Source: Escherichia coli
GTDB lineage: Bacteria > Pseudomonadota > Gammaproteobacteria > Enterobacterales > Enterobacteriaceae
DNA length: 64,000 nucleotides
Reading direction: 5' to 3' (one strand)
NCBI RefSeq assembly: GCF_003334405.1
Contig: NZ_QOWM01000002.1
The position numbers and the translations under genes were made by a program. The notes under the pieces were generated by a model that saw only the letters and a program-made list of their open reading frames with translations, ran no database searches and was not told the DNA's origin. Below are positions 11,538-22,065 of this stretch, piece after piece. Within the stretch, counting starts at the first letter, position 1. Each line of letters opens with the position of its first letter.

Positions 11538-12692
11538 TTATGCCTGCCACGGATGAATGATTACGCCTTGCACCACGCGGTTAACGGTGCCACTGGCTGA
11601 TGGGGTATCCGGCGTATTGCCCATGTGCAGCGACTGCATCAGTGCAAACGTCTGGGCGTACATCAGGAAGCAAAATGCCTGCTCAACGTCGATAAAGTGA
11701 CGTGACGGTGGCAGGATGATATGTGGACCGGCAGCGACGATGTCGCTGCTTTCCGCGGCGATGGCGATTACACGCATTGCCTGGTTGTCACGGCGAAGTT
11801 CAGCCAGCAGATCAAGATCATACTGACGGGTGTAAGGGTGGCTGGAGACAAATACCACCACCAGCGTTTCGTCATCGACCAGCGATTTTGGTCCATGACG
11901 GAATCCGGTTGGAGAATCATAAAAGGCCGCCAGTTTACCCGCCGTCAGTTCCAGCACTTTCAGCGCCGACTCGCGTGCTGCGCCCTGTAAGCCACCGCTA
12001 CCGAGATAAACGATCCGTTTCCACGGTGCGTAACCAAACACACCTTCGCTGAAATCGCCCAGTGAGGTCAGGATCGCCTGGCAACGATCCGCCACGTCGC
12101 GGAAGGTTTGGCTGTTGATCGTCTCAGGTGCGAAAACCGCGAGGCAGCTGGCCATCATGGTGGTAATGCTGCTGGTCATCGCAAAGCCGCGATCGTGCGT
12201 TTCTGCGGGCATCAGCAGGGCAAACGCGTTATCGCTGTTGATCGCGTTTTGGTAAAGAGCGCCCGCTTCGTTGCAGGTGATCGGCAGGTGATAGCATTCC
12301 GGTACAAATTGATTTGCCAGTTCCACGGCTGCGACGCTTTCCGGGCTGTTGCCGGATCGACCGAAGGAGATCAACAGCAGCGGATGAGCTGGGTTCAGGT
12401 AGTCCATCGGATTGGTGACCAGATCGGTGGTCGGTACGGCGCTGAAGTTTTTACCGGTATGGCTGGCGAGCCACGGCGCGATGATGTCACCGATAAATGC
12501 CGACGTTCCGGCTCCGGTCAGGATGATCCGCAGATTCTCTTTGCGCAGTAACGGTTCAAGGAAGTTATTGAGCGCGGAACGTAGCGCGTCGATGTTGGTG
12601 AGTGAACGGATCCATGCGCGAGGCTGATGGCGGATCTCTTCTTCAGTCCATGTACCGGTTGCGGCGGCAGCAGGGGTGTAATTTTCTGGCAT
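11538..12692 (-). CDS. agaS: SIS-domain sugar-phosphate isomerase/deaminase AgaS
   Basis: 384-aa ORF with tandem SIS-domain features (…LTGAGTSAFIGD…); ATG confirmed. Confidence 0.9.
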   Translation of the reverse strand: MPENYTPAAAATGTWTEEEIRHQPRAWIRSLTNIDALRSALNNFLEPLLRKENLRIILTGAGTSAFIGDIIAPWLASHTGKNFSAVPTTDLVTNPMDYLNPAHPLLLISFGRSGNSPESVAAVELANQFVPECYHLPITCNEAGALYQNAINSDNAFALLMPAETHDRGFAMTSSITTMMASCLAVFAPETINSQTFRDVADRCQAILTSLGDFSEGVFGYAPWKRIVYLGSGGLQGAARESALKVLELTAGKLAAFYDSPTGFRHGPKSLVDDETLVVVFVSSHPYTRQYDLDLLAELRRDNQAMRVIAIAAESSDIVAAGPHIILPPSRHFIDVEQAFCFLMYAQTFALMQSLHMGNTPDTPSASGTVNRVVQGVIIHPWQA

Positions 12693-12734
12693 AACTCAAT
12701 CCTTAGTCTGATGAACTTGACGTCGGGCGTTGTC

Positions 12735-12870
12735 GCTTTCACTTGCCTTTCGTTTCATTTCACTTGGTGATGTCTTTCGTTGATTAAAATCTATAGAAAA
12801 GAAACTGAAAGTTCAATGGAGAAAAAAGAAATAAAACGAAATTTGTGATCGTTGAAAGAAAAGATAAAGG
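12735..12870. promoter_or_regulatory. AgaR operator-like repeat cluster upstream of agaS
   Basis: Repeated ctttcgttt / aaacgaaa-type motifs (ctttcgtttcatttc, tctttcgttg, aaaacgaaattt, gaaagaaaag) read in sequence; same motif family as in the kbaZ-agaR region. Confidence 0.45.
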
Positions 12871-12884
12871 AAGCAAAAGGGATT

Positions 12885-12970
12885 GCTGGATGCGGCGCAA
12901 ACGCTTTATCCGGCCTTGCGGTCACCAACTGTAGGTCGGATAAGACGCGTTAGCGTCGCATCCGACACCG
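12885..12970. repeat. REP/BIME element (two inverted REP units)
   Basis: gctggatgcggcgcaaacgctttatccggcc... and gtaggtcggataagacgcgttagcgtcgcatccgacacc match the E. coli REP consensus. Confidence 0.8.
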
Positions 12971-13042
12971 CTGCACAGATCAAAACGAAAGAAAAAGAAA
13001 GGCCTTACGGGGGAAGTGAAGGCCCAATAAAGGAGCAAACTA

Positions 13043-14176
13043 TCAAAACGAAGCTAATTGACCCTGAATCCAGATTTGTTGCACATGTAGCCCGCTATCC
13101 AGCGCAACGACGCTGGCGCGTTTGCCCGGTTTAAGCGATCCCAGAACACCATCAACACCCAGCATTCGCGCCGGATGCAGCGACGCCATATGGATGGCTT
13201 CCGCAGGCGTTACGCCCGTCAACTCGACCATATTGCGCACTGCCGCATCAACAGACAGCGTACTGCCCGCCAGCCCACCAGACGCGGTACGGACAACGCC
13301 ACCGTGCATCTGCACTTCTTCACCACATAACGTATAGCGACCATCCGGCATCCCAGCTGCCTGCATCGCGTCGGTGATCAGTACGATTCTCTCTTTCGCA
13401 CAGCAACAACACAGCGACATTGCCGCCGGATGCACATGATGACCATCGGCTATCAGTTCCAGCCAGGCGCGCTTGTCCGTTAATCCCGCGCCAACCATTC
13501 CCGGTTCGCGGTGATGTAAACCTGTCATCCCGTTATAGCAATGCACCAGGCCGTCGGCACCAGCATCAAATGCGGCGCGGGTTTGTTGCCAGGTCGCCGC
13601 GCTATGCCCCAGCATCACCCTTACGTTTTGCTGTTTAAGATGGCGGATGGCCTGCAATGCCCCTTCTTTTTCCGGTGCCAGCGCTACCACACGTAAGGTG
13701 TGCTGAGAAACGGCAATCAACTGATCCAGCTCGGCAATTTCAAGCTCGCGAAACAACTCCGGCGGATGCGCGCCTTTATTCTGCGGCGTGAAGTACGGTC
13801 CTTCGAGATAACTCCCCAGCACTTGCGCACCAGGTCCGCCGCGTTGGCAACGTTGAGCAATACGTTTCAGCGCCGCATGAATGGTATTAAGCGGCGTGGT
13901 TACGGTGGTCGGTAACCAACTGCCGACACCTTCGCGTGCCTTGTGCATTGCCAGCTTGTCGAGTACATCCGGCGCGTCATCCATTACATCAACGCCCGCA
14001 CCACCGTGTACATGGGTGTCGATGTAAGCAGGGCAGAGCAGTTCCGCATCGCGTTCAGTCACGCCCGCTGGAATCGGTTCGATTGCTGCGATGACACCGT
14101 CAGCAATACGCAACTGATGGTCATCGAGCCATCCCTCTTCAGTCAGCAGCCTTCTGGCGCGCAGAACGTGTGTCAT
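13043..14176 (-). CDS. agaA: N-acetylgalactosamine-6-phosphate deacetylase, full length
   Basis: Track ORF trimmed to ATG at 14176 (MTHVLRARRLLTEEGWLDDHQL...), NagA-like amidohydrolase motifs (…YIDTHVHGGAG…). Its ATG overlaps the agaF stop as ATGA. Confidence 0.85.
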   Translation of the reverse strand: MTHVLRARRLLTEEGWLDDHQLRIADGVIAAIEPIPAGVTERDAELLCPAYIDTHVHGGAGVDVMDDAPDVLDKLAMHKAREGVGSWLPTTVTTPLNTIHAALKRIAQRCQRGGPGAQVLGSYLEGPYFTPQNKGAHPPELFRELEIAELDQLIAVSQHTLRVVALAPEKEGALQAIRHLKQQNVRVMLGHSAATWQQTRAAFDAGADGLVHCYNGMTGLHHREPGMVGAGLTDKRAWLELIADGHHVHPAAMSLCCCCAKERIVLITDAMQAAGMPDGRYTLCGEEVQMHGGVVRTASGGLAGSTLSVDAAVRNMVELTGVTPAEAIHMASLHPARMLGVDGVLGSLKPGKRASVVALDSGLHVQQIWIQGQLASF

Positions 14177-14607
14177 ATTCCTTCCTCGACCGGACATTCT
14201 TCATGGCAGCGGCCTAACTCGTCCACCAGACTGGTCAGCCCTCGGTGTCCACACTCCAGCGCCTGTACACGGAATTCTTCACCGCTTAACCCTTCGCGCT
14301 CCAGCACCATCTCCAGTAGCAGTTGCAAATTGGTGCCGGTGATCACTTCACAGCCCGGTTTTTGCATCGCCAGCGTTGAAGCTACGCGAAACGGCGTGCC
14401 GCCCAGCAAATCCGTCAGAAAAACAATGCCGTCTTCACAATCCAGTTGGGCGATGGCCTCTTCAAGCTGCGATGTAAGCAGCGCGGTGCTTGAGGTTTCC
14501 GGAAAATCGATGGCGATAAACTGCGATTGCTCACCGAGAATTTGCTTCATTGCTTTTTCCATGCCGCTGGCAAACCCGCCATGCCCTGTCAAAATAATAC
14601 TTAACAT
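14173..14607 (-). CDS. agaF: PTS N-acetylgalactosamine-specific EIIA component
   Basis: 144-aa ORF MLSIILTGHGGFASGMEKAMKQILGEQ..., mannose-family IIA. Confidence 0.85.
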   Translation of the reverse strand: MLSIILTGHGGFASGMEKAMKQILGEQSQFIAIDFPETSSTALLTSQLEEAIAQLDCEDGIVFLTDLLGGTPFRVASTLAMQKPGCEVITGTNLQLLLEMVLEREGLSGEEFRVQALECGHRGLTSLVDELGRCHEECPVEEGI

Positions 14608-14624
14608 CTAATACCTCATTGTAT

Positions 14625-15503
14625 TTAAAGGAAATGGCAGAATTTACCGACGATGCCGAGAACCACGGTAACTGCAATCAGACGCAGCGGACTCCAGCCG
14701 CGGCGTACCAACCAAAACATGGTCAGGGTGTAGACCAACGGTAAGAAGGCCGGCATCAGTTTGTCGATAACATCAGCCTGTAACTTAACCACTGCGTCGC
14801 CCGCCGTGATTTCCAGCGTGGTGCTTAAACGAACATAGGTTGCCACCAGCGCACCGATTACCGTCATCCCAACGATAGACGCAGCATGGCCGACTTTTTT
14901 GGTATTCGCTTTAATCAGTGGAATCGCCGCCACGCCCATGCGGTAAGCATAATGCGCCAGACCAAAACGCAGCCCCAGGTGTACCACGTTGAACAGCACA
15001 ATAAAGACGACTGCGCCAAGAATGGAGCCTTGCAATGCCAGACTGGCTCCAATCCCGCCACAAATCGGCAGTAGCGTTAGCCAGAACATTGCATCGCCAA
15101 TCCCGCCAAGCGGCGCACCGACGGCAATTTTGGTGCTCTGAATACTGTTAACGTCCTGCTTAGAACGCTCCATCGCAAGGATAATGCCGATAACAAACGT
15201 CACCAGAAACGGATGGGTATTGAAGAAACCCATATGCCCCTTCATGGCGCGCGCCAGGTCGCGTTTATTAGTGTGGATCTTTTTCAGAGCAGGCAGCAGA
15301 CCGTACAACCAGCCAGAAGCCTGCATACGTTCGTAGTTAAAAGACGCTTGTAACAGCATGGAACGCCAGGCGACGCGGTTGATATCTTTTTTCGTCAGCT
15401 CCGCGCCAATGCTCTGATCTTCATACACGTTTTCATTGACGCCAGTCAGCAATGTTTCTTCGTTTTCACTGACGTTCGGCAGGGTGGTTTGATTAGATGC
15501 CAT
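14625..15503 (-). CDS. agaE: PTS N-acetylgalactosamine-specific EIID component
   Basis: Track ORF begins at a TTG; trimmed to first ATG at 15503 (MASNQTTLPNVSENEETLLTG...), 292 aa; paralogous to AgaD. Confidence 0.85.
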   Translation of the reverse strand: MASNQTTLPNVSENEETLLTGVNENVYEDQSIGAELTKKDINRVAWRSMLLQASFNYERMQASGWLYGLLPALKKIHTNKRDLARAMKGHMGFFNTHPFLVTFVIGIILAMERSKQDVNSIQSTKIAVGAPLGGIGDAMFWLTLLPICGGIGASLALQGSILGAVVFIVLFNVVHLGLRFGLAHYAYRMGVAAIPLIKANTKKVGHAASIVGMTVIGALVATYVRLSTTLEITAGDAVVKLQADVIDKLMPAFLPLVYTLTMFWLVRRGWSPLRLIAVTVVLGIVGKFCHFL

Positions 15504-16272
15504 CTTCAAATTCCTCTTTCTGTGCCGCAGGTTGAGTCGGTTCAGGAGATTTACGCAGCAAGTCGATCAGCGCCATCGCCAGCGCAGCGGCAGCAATAGC
15601 CAGCACTGGTAACTTGAGCCAGGCGGCGGCAACAAAGCCCAGGATGAAGTAGGGGATGTAGACGTTTTTCATCATGATTTTCAGCAGCACGGCAAAACCG
15701 ATTGCTGGCATGATGCCGCCCGCGACGCCGAGGCCGTCGATTAATCGTTGCGGCAGGACATCAATGATGGTTTTTGCATGTTCCGCGCCGAAGTAGATAG
15801 GCAGGAAAGCGCAGAGAAAATAGAAAATGCCGAGTGCCAGCAGTGCCAGATAGTTCACGCGTTCAATGCCGCGAGTATCGGCGTTCTCCGCCATCCGGTC
15901 GCAGCGAGACATCACGCCGGACATCACCGAGAACAGGAAGGTAATCCCCATCTGTACTGCGACAGCGAAAGGTACGGCGACACCTACTGCGACATCGGGT
16001 TTCACGCCAGTAGTAATGGCAAACGCCGTGCCGACGATAGTACCGATAATCACGTTAGGCGGCTGTGCGCCCGCCAGCGGGGCCAGCCCCATCCACACCA
16101 GTTCCAGCGTACCGCCGGTTAAAATTCCGGTATGCAGATCGCCAAGTACCAGCCCGACCAACGGGCCGAGGACCACCGGGCGGTGCATATGGGTTAGGCC
16201 GTTAAACATATCCAGGCCAGCGATAAAGGCGATAATGCCCAACGCAAATGCCTGCAACAGGCTGATTTCCAT
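15493..16272 (-). CDS. agaW: PTS N-acetylgalactosamine-specific EIIC component, full length
   Basis: 259-aa hydrophobic ORF MEISLLQAFALGIIAFIAGLDMFNGL...; paralogous to AgaC. Confidence 0.85.
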   Translation of the reverse strand: MEISLLQAFALGIIAFIAGLDMFNGLTHMHRPVVLGPLVGLVLGDLHTGILTGGTLELVWMGLAPLAGAQPPNVIIGTIVGTAFAITTGVKPDVAVGVAVPFAVAVQMGITFLFSVMSGVMSRCDRMAENADTRGIERVNYLALLALGIFYFLCAFLPIYFGAEHAKTIIDVLPQRLIDGLGVAGGIMPAIGFAVLLKIMMKNVYIPYFILGFVAAAWLKLPVLAIAAAALAMALIDLLRKSPEPTQPAAQKEEFEDGI

Positions 16273-16282
16273 GATGAATCCC

Positions 16283-16756
16283 TCAAAGTAATTTAAAGAG
16301 GTCCACAGCAGGCTCTGTCGGGACGCCCTGAACGAAGCATTCCACCCCAGCGGTTTTCAGGTCGTTAAATGCTGCGATATCGCCCGCATCCACAGAAACC
16401 GTTTTGGCGATTTGTTGTTTGCCATTGGCGTAGTGCATATTGCCAACGTTAATGCGATTCACCGGAACGCCACCTTTCACCAGCGTCAGGAAATCGGCGG
16501 GTGTTTTACAAACCAGCAGGATTTTCTGTCGATCGGCGGCGCGATGAATGTTGTCGATAACTTTTTGCAGCGTCCAGAAACGTACGGCGATCCCTTCTGC
16601 CAGTACCATTTCCATCAGGTTTTGTTGTACCGGATCTTCGGCAACCTCATCGTTGGCTACCAGCACCAGATTTGCCCCCGCAAATCCGACCCATTGAACG
16701 CCGACCTGACCGTGAATCAAGCGTTCATCAATCCGGCTTAAAACAATATTTGGCAT
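16283..16756 (-). CDS. agaV: PTS N-acetylgalactosamine-specific EIIB component
   Basis: Track ORF trimmed to ATG at 16756 (MPNIVLSRIDERLIHGQVGVQWVGFAGANLVLVANDE...), 157 aa; paralogous to AgaB. Confidence 0.85.
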   Translation of the reverse strand: MPNIVLSRIDERLIHGQVGVQWVGFAGANLVLVANDEVAEDPVQQNLMEMVLAEGIAVRFWTLQKVIDNIHRAADRQKILLVCKTPADFLTLVKGGVPVNRINVGNMHYANGKQQIAKTVSVDAGDIAAFNDLKTAGVECFVQGVPTEPAVDLFKLL

Positions 16757-16778
16757 AGCGTGTTCCTCTTTGTTTTGC

Positions 16779-18059
16779 TTATTGGCCTTCACAGGCTGTG
16801 TGGTACTGCGCCAGGATGTCCTGAATATGGTTGATAATGAGTTCCCGTGGCGTTGGCTGCAGCTCGCCGGAGCGAACTTTCACGTACTGCAGCGGCAGAT
16901 ACTGGCTGATCAGCGGCAGCGGAATTGGTGAATCCGCCAGATTACGTACCAGATGAGCGAAAGCGTCATCAATCTGGCTGTCCGGCCAGTAATAGCGCAC
17001 GCGATCCGAGTAGCTATAACCACGCGCCAGACGACGCGCGTTGCCGTCACCGTGGTAGTGGCTTTGCCAGTATTCCGGGCGGTCGAGCATCACGTCTTCC
17101 AGCACCTGACGCAGACCAGAACAGGCTTTCGCTGGCACCAGTTCTTCTTCAATCGCCGCCAGAGAGAACAGAGCTTCACGCAGGGCGAAGGTCAGCGCTG
17201 GGCCAACTTTCAGAATGGCAAAGTGGTCAATCACCAGCTGGCGCAGCGATTGCGGCGTTTGATAATCGGTAGAGTGCGCTTCGAAAATCAGCGTTTCGTA
17301 GTTTTCGACCATCTGGCTTAAGGCGCTCGCTTTGGCGGGCTGATAATCAATAACGTTGGTGTGATCGAATTCGACGCCGGGTTGAACCACCAGGGCAATG
17401 ATGCGTGGCCAGATGGCATTCAAACCTTGCTTTTCAAAGGCGTGACGATGGGCTTCCAGCGTGGCGCGGGCGGCATCCGGCGTGGTGACCGCCAGCTCGC
17501 TTAAGGTTTCATGCGCGCCGCCAGGTACCGGCACTTCGGTACCAATGACATACTCCAGATCGGCTTCGCCAAAGTGTTCAAGACAGGTTTCTTCCGCCAC
17601 TTTCGCCAGACGGGCGGCGCGTTCAGCCACGATGTCATCAGTTAAGGGAATCGGATCGTCCTGACAGGACATGCTGCAATCAAGGTGGATTTTTTTGAAT
17701 CCTGCCGCAACGTAGCTTTTAATCAAATCATCGGCATTGGCCATTGCCTGAGCGGCCGGCAGGTTTTGCCAGCGGTTTGGCCCCAGATGGTCACCACCCA
17801 GAATCAACGCATCCTGCGGGAAATTCAACGAGTCGGCGAGCTGACAAACAAAGCCGCGAAAATCGGCGGGCGTCATTCCGGTATAACCGCCGAACTGGTC
17901 TACCTGATTGGAGGTTGCTTCAATCAGTAACGGCGTTTGGTTTGCACTGGCGTAGCGGATTGCAGCCTCCAGCACCAGCGGATGTGCGGAACAAACGGCA
18001 TAAATTCCATTTGTTTTGCCCGCTTTGTGCTGTCTCACCATTTCTGTCAGATGTTTCAC
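16779..18059 (-). CDS. kbaZ: Tagatose-bisphosphate aldolase non-catalytic subunit KbaZ
   Basis: 426-aa [40 protein letters not shown]...; the first codon in the track is GTG, so the exact start is uncertain. Confidence 0.85.
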   Translation of the reverse strand: MKHLTEMVRQHKAGKTNGIYAVCSAHPLVLEAAIRYASANQTPLLIEATSNQVDQFGGYTGMTPADFRGFVCQLADSLNFPQDALILGGDHLGPNRWQNLPAAQAMANADDLIKSYVAAGFKKIHLDCSMSCQDDPIPLTDDIVAERAARLAKVAEETCLEHFGEADLEYVIGTEVPVPGGAHETLSELAVTTPDAARATLEAHRHAFEKQGLNAIWPRIIALVVQPGVEFDHTNVIDYQPAKASALSQMVENYETLIFEAHSTDYQTPQSLRQLVIDHFAILKVGPALTFALREALFSLAAIEEELVPAKACSGLRQVLEDVMLDRPEYWQSHYHGDGNARRLARGYSYSDRVRYYWPDSQIDDAFAHLVRNLADSPIPLPLISQYLPLQYVKVRSGELQPTPRELIINHIQDILAQYHTACEGQ

Positions 18060-18093
18060 TTTCCTCTCCAGTTCAGATTACTGCGATATTAAT

Positions 18094-18300
18094 CTTTCGT
18101 TTTGTTTCAGTTGATACTGCGTCATGGTGAGATAAAAATAAAACGAAAGATAATAGTTTTCTGATCTGATTCACAAAAGAAACATAATGAAAGTCACTGA
18201 AACGAGAGTAGCTTGCGTCAATGGGCAAGGTGGGCTTGCATTTGCTTAATAGAAAGGCGTTAATAGGCAAAACGAAATGAAACGAAAGTTTTACGAAAGG
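18094..18300. promoter_or_regulatory. Divergent kbaZ/agaR control region with AgaR operator-like repeats
   Basis: Multiple ctttcgtttt / aaaacgaaag / gaaacgaaag motifs in both orientations between the divergent kbaZ and agaR starts. Confidence 0.5.
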
Positions 18301-18307
18301 ACTTACT

Positions 18308-19117
18308 ATGAGTAATACCGACGCTTCAGGTGAGAAGCGAGTGACTGGCACCAGCGAGCGACGAGAACAGATCATTCAGCGTCTGCGACAGCAAGGGAGT
18401 GTGCAGGTTAACGATCTGTCGGCATTGTATGGCGTATCTACTGTGACGATCCGCAACGATCTGGCGTTTCTGGAAAAGCAGGGGATCGCTGTGCGTGCCT
18501 ATGGTGGCGCGTTGATCTGCGATAGCACGACGCCGTCAGTCGAGCCATCAGTGGAAGATAAAAGCGCACTGAACACCGCGATGAAACGCAGCGTTGCGAA
18601 AGCTGCCGTTGAGTTGATTCAGCCAGGTCATCGGGTTATCCTCGATTCCGGGACCACCACTTTTGAGATTGCTCGTCTGATGCGCAAGCACACTGACGTA
18701 ATTGCGATGACCAACGGTATGAACGTGGCTAATGCGTTGCTGGAAGCGGAAGGCGTTGAGCTGCTGATGACCGGCGGGCATTTGCGCCGTCAGTCGCAAT
18801 CTTTTTACGGCGATCAGGCTGAGCAATCGCTGCAAAATTACCACTTCGATATGCTGTTTCTTGGTGTAGATGCGATCGATCTGGAGCGCGGCGTCAGCAC
18901 ACATAATGAAGATGAAGCTCGTTTAAACCGTCGGATGTGCGAAGTTGCGGAACGGATCATCGTGGTCACCGATTCCAGTAAGTTCAATCGTTCCAGTTTA
19001 CATAAGATCATTGATACTCAACGTATCGACATGATCATTGTTGATGAAGGCATTCCTGCGGATAGCCTGGAAGGACTGCGAAAGGCTGGGGTTGAAGTGA
19101 TTCTGGTCGGGGAGTGA
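18308..19117 (+). CDS. agaR: DeoR-family repressor of the aga locus
   Basis: 269-aa ORF with N-terminal HTH (…[28 protein letters not shown]…) and DeoR C-terminal domain. Confidence 0.9.
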
Positions 19118-19171
19118 GAAAGGATGCCCGCTGGTCAACACGAATGCGTTCGGCGGGCATTGTGAACACCA

Positions 19172-19636
19172 TCAATGGGTTTCTTCTGTTTCTCGGGTGA
19201 GGGTTTCCCAGTCGGCAGGAGGATGTCCTCTTTTTAACATTTTGCTGAATACGGTATAGGCATCTGTTTTTTTACCGTAGGTGCGCAGAGTGTTTTCATC
19301 GTTCATCCATCCCAGAATGATGACTTTCTCTTTTTCACTATAACGAAAGAAGAGACGATAACGACCAGCACCAAATTTTACCCGTGACCAGTCTTTATTT
19401 TTCCCAGAGCCTAACGACTTGCCATGACGGAATGCCGGTGATGATGGATTGACCGTGATATGCTCCTCAATCACTTTATGGACTACCGCCAATAACTTTG
19501 TGGCGGCTTTTCTCTGATAATTTTCAGGATCTTTTCCCTTTAATGTCTCGACTTCGGCAACTAAAGCGTCGTAGGTTTCCTGAAAACAGGGATGAGCATA
19601 TAGCGCCCAACCATTAACCCTTTGTGGAAAATCCAT
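19172..19636 (-). CDS. yhaV: Type II toxin YhaV (ribosome-dependent mRNA endoribonuclease)
   Basis: 154-aa ORF MDFPQRVNGWALYAHPCFQETYDALVAEVETLKGKD...; its start overlaps the prlF stop (TAATG). Confidence 0.9.
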   Translation of the reverse strand: MDFPQRVNGWALYAHPCFQETYDALVAEVETLKGKDPENYQRKAATKLLAVVHKVIEEHITVNPSSPAFRHGKSLGSGKNKDWSRVKFGAGRYRLFFRYSEKEKVIILGWMNDENTLRTYGKKTDAYTVFSKMLKRGHPPADWETLTRETEETH

Positions 19637-19971
19637 TATTCGTCGTCGCCAATCTCATCATCAATGTTGACGTCCATGCCAGCGACAAGTTTCTTTCCTT
19701 GTTGAATGTTGAATGGACGAGTTTTTTGCGGGTTGTTCTGGATATCTGCATCCAGAAAACGCAAAAATGCATTCATAGTATGATCCTCCTGTTCATCTCC
19801 CAGTCGGCACATAAATACTTGCCCACCAGGCAGAATTTCGTAATGAATGCTGTCCTGGCCTGGCTTCAGTTTTAAGGCCTCACGCACTGGCGCGGGGATA
19901 GTTGTTTGTCCGCGTATCGTGACCTTTGATTCAGTGGTCAGTACAGCGTGAGAGCGAGCATTAGCGGGCAT
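19636..19971 (-). CDS. prlF: Type II antitoxin PrlF (SohA), AbrB/SpoVT-like
   Basis: 111-aa ORF MPANARSHAVLTTESKVTIRGQTTIPAPVREALKLKPGQ... with an acidic C-terminus. Confidence 0.9.
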   Translation of the reverse strand: MPANARSHAVLTTESKVTIRGQTTIPAPVREALKLKPGQDSIHYEILPGGQVFMCRLGDEQEDHTMNAFLRFLDADIQNNPQKTRPFNIQQGKKLVAGMDVNIDDEIGDDE

Positions 19972-20070
19972 GATTCACTGTCCTTTTACAGCCTGTTTTC
20001 TGCTCAAATTATAAGCTTGAACTAAGGTAATGCAAATGCATTATTAATGGACGTGGGGGCTTTAAACAAT

Positions 20071-20097
20071 AAAAACATGGCACTAAGGCCATGTTTT
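20071..20097 (-). terminator. Intrinsic terminator after garD
   Basis: Hairpin catggc / gccatg with 6-nt loop, A-run on the plus side giving a U-tract on the minus-strand transcript. Confidence 0.55.
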
Positions 20098-20119
20098 GCG
20101 AGGGACGTTCCAAAAGAAA

Positions 20120-21691
20120 TCAGGTCACCGGTGCCGGGTTAAACACCGCCAGCTGGTTATGCAGCCCCCATTGATCCGAGAAGGTTTTCTTCTTCCCGCT
20201 GGCGACGTCGAGAATAAAGTGGAACAACTTCCAGCCCACCTCTTCAATAGTTTCTTCGCCGGTAGCGATGGTGCCCGCATTAATATCCATTAAATCAAAC
20301 CAGCGGTTCGCCAGCTCGGTGCGGGTTGCCATTTTAATGACGGGTACCGCCATCAGGCCGTACGGCGTACCACGACCGGTCGTAAACACTTGCACTGTGA
20401 TACCCGAAGCCACCTGTTGCGTGCCACAGACAAAATCGCTGGCTGGCGTCGCGGCGTAAATTAATCCGCGTTTAGTCGGGCGTTGACCGGGCGACAGCAC
20501 TTCAACAATTGCGCTTTTACCCGATTTAGCAATGGAGCCGAGTGCCTTCTCTACCACGTTTGCCAGACCGCCTTTCTTGTTGCCCGGCGAAGGGTTGGCG
20601 CTGCGGTCGGTTTTTCCCATATTGAGATAGTTATCGTACCACTCCATCTCCTCCAGCAGCCGTTTGCCGACCTCTTCGTTCACTGCGCGTGGTGTCAGCA
20701 GATGGATCGCGTCACGCACTTCCGTTACTTCTGAAAACATCACCGTTGCGCCGCAGCGCACCAGTAGATCAGACGCATAGCCAACCGCCGGGTTTGCCGT
20801 TACACCAGAAAACGCATCGCTGCCACCGCACTGCATACCAACGACCAGTTCTGAAGCCGGGCAGGTTTCTCGCTGCCGTTGATTCAGTTTTTGTAGATGG
20901 CGTTCGGCGATCTGCAAAATATCCTCGACCATGGACTGAAAACCGACATGCTTTTCATCCTGCAAACTGACAATGCTGGCGCTTTCTACTGGAATAGCTT
21001 GCACATCATCCGTTCCAGTCAGCAGGCGCTCAGGCTGCAACTTTTCACAACCCAGGCCAATCACCATTACTTCGCCGCCAAAGTTAGGATTCAGCGAAAT
21101 ATTGTGAATGGTACGGATAGGTACAACTGCCGCCGGTGCGTTAATCGCCACGCCACAACCGTACAAATGATTCAGCCCCACCACGCCATCGACGTTCGGG
21201 TATTTCGGTAGCAGATCGCGTTCAATGATTTTTACTACATAGTCCACCACGCCTGCCACACAGTGGACGCTGGTGGTGATACCGAGCAGGTTTTTGGTGC
21301 CCACGCTGCCATCGGCATTGCGATAGCCCTCAAAGGTGTATCCTTCCAGCGGCGGTAAGGGTTCCGGGACTTTGGTTGCCAGTGGCAGCGTGTGTAACGG
21401 CGGCGCTTCCGGTAGTACAACCATTGATTCGTCGATCCAGCTTCCGCGTGGGATTGCACGCACGGCGTAACCAATCACTTCGCCATAACGAATAATTTCA
21501 CCATTAGCCGGAATGTCCAGCAATGCGACTTTATGCCCCTGGGGAATATGTTCAATTAATTCCAGCCCATCCGGAAAACGCGTTCCTGCTTTCAGGCCAT
21601 TATCATTAACAATAATTGCCACATTATCTGTGTCGTGAACTTTTATATAAAACGCAGTTGGCGTTTCTTGTCTGATTTCGATGTTGGCCAT
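20120..21691 (-). CDS. garD: Galactarate dehydratase
   Basis: 523-aa [42 protein letters not shown]..., SAF/altronate-dehydratase-like architecture; divergent from garP. Confidence 0.95.
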   Translation of the reverse strand: MANIEIRQETPTAFYIKVHDTDNVAIIVNDNGLKAGTRFPDGLELIEHIPQGHKVALLDIPANGEIIRYGEVIGYAVRAIPRGSWIDESMVVLPEAPPLHTLPLATKVPEPLPPLEGYTFEGYRNADGSVGTKNLLGITTSVHCVAGVVDYVVKIIERDLLPKYPNVDGVVGLNHLYGCGVAINAPAAVVPIRTIHNISLNPNFGGEVMVIGLGCEKLQPERLLTGTDDVQAIPVESASIVSLQDEKHVGFQSMVEDILQIAERHLQKLNQRQRETCPASELVVGMQCGGSDAFSGVTANPAVGYASDLLVRCGATVMFSEVTEVRDAIHLLTPRAVNEEVGKRLLEEMEWYDNYLNMGKTDRSANPSPGNKKGGLANVVEKALGSIAKSGKSAIVEVLSPGQRPTKRGLIYAATPASDFVCGTQQVASGITVQVFTTGRGTPYGLMAVPVIKMATRTELANRWFDLMDINAGTIATGEETIEEVGWKLFHFILDVASGKKKTFSDQWGLHNQLAVFNPAPVT

Positions 21692-22065
21692 TGTGCAATA
21701 TTCTCCAGCCAGGGGTTATTAAAATGAGGACCTGGTCTCATTTAAAAATAAATGACTTCATTGGGTGAAATAAGAATGTCAGGAGTTTAAACGCAGAAAT
21801 GTGATCAATGTCAATCATTTCAGGGATTGCAGTGCCGCCCGGTAAGGTAAAGCGCAAATCTGTGCTTTAGCGCGCAACCTTATGTGCATATGCTCAAAAT
21901 AATATTTAAATAGTATTAATTAAATTAGCATTTGCACAATGATTATTATTCTCGCGCTGCTTATACTAATTCCCGAGTTCATTGTCGTTACGGCATAAAT
22001 GAAACTCATAAATAACACCTTCCCCATAATAATAAAAATCAGCATAAGTACCCGAGGTAAATAAA

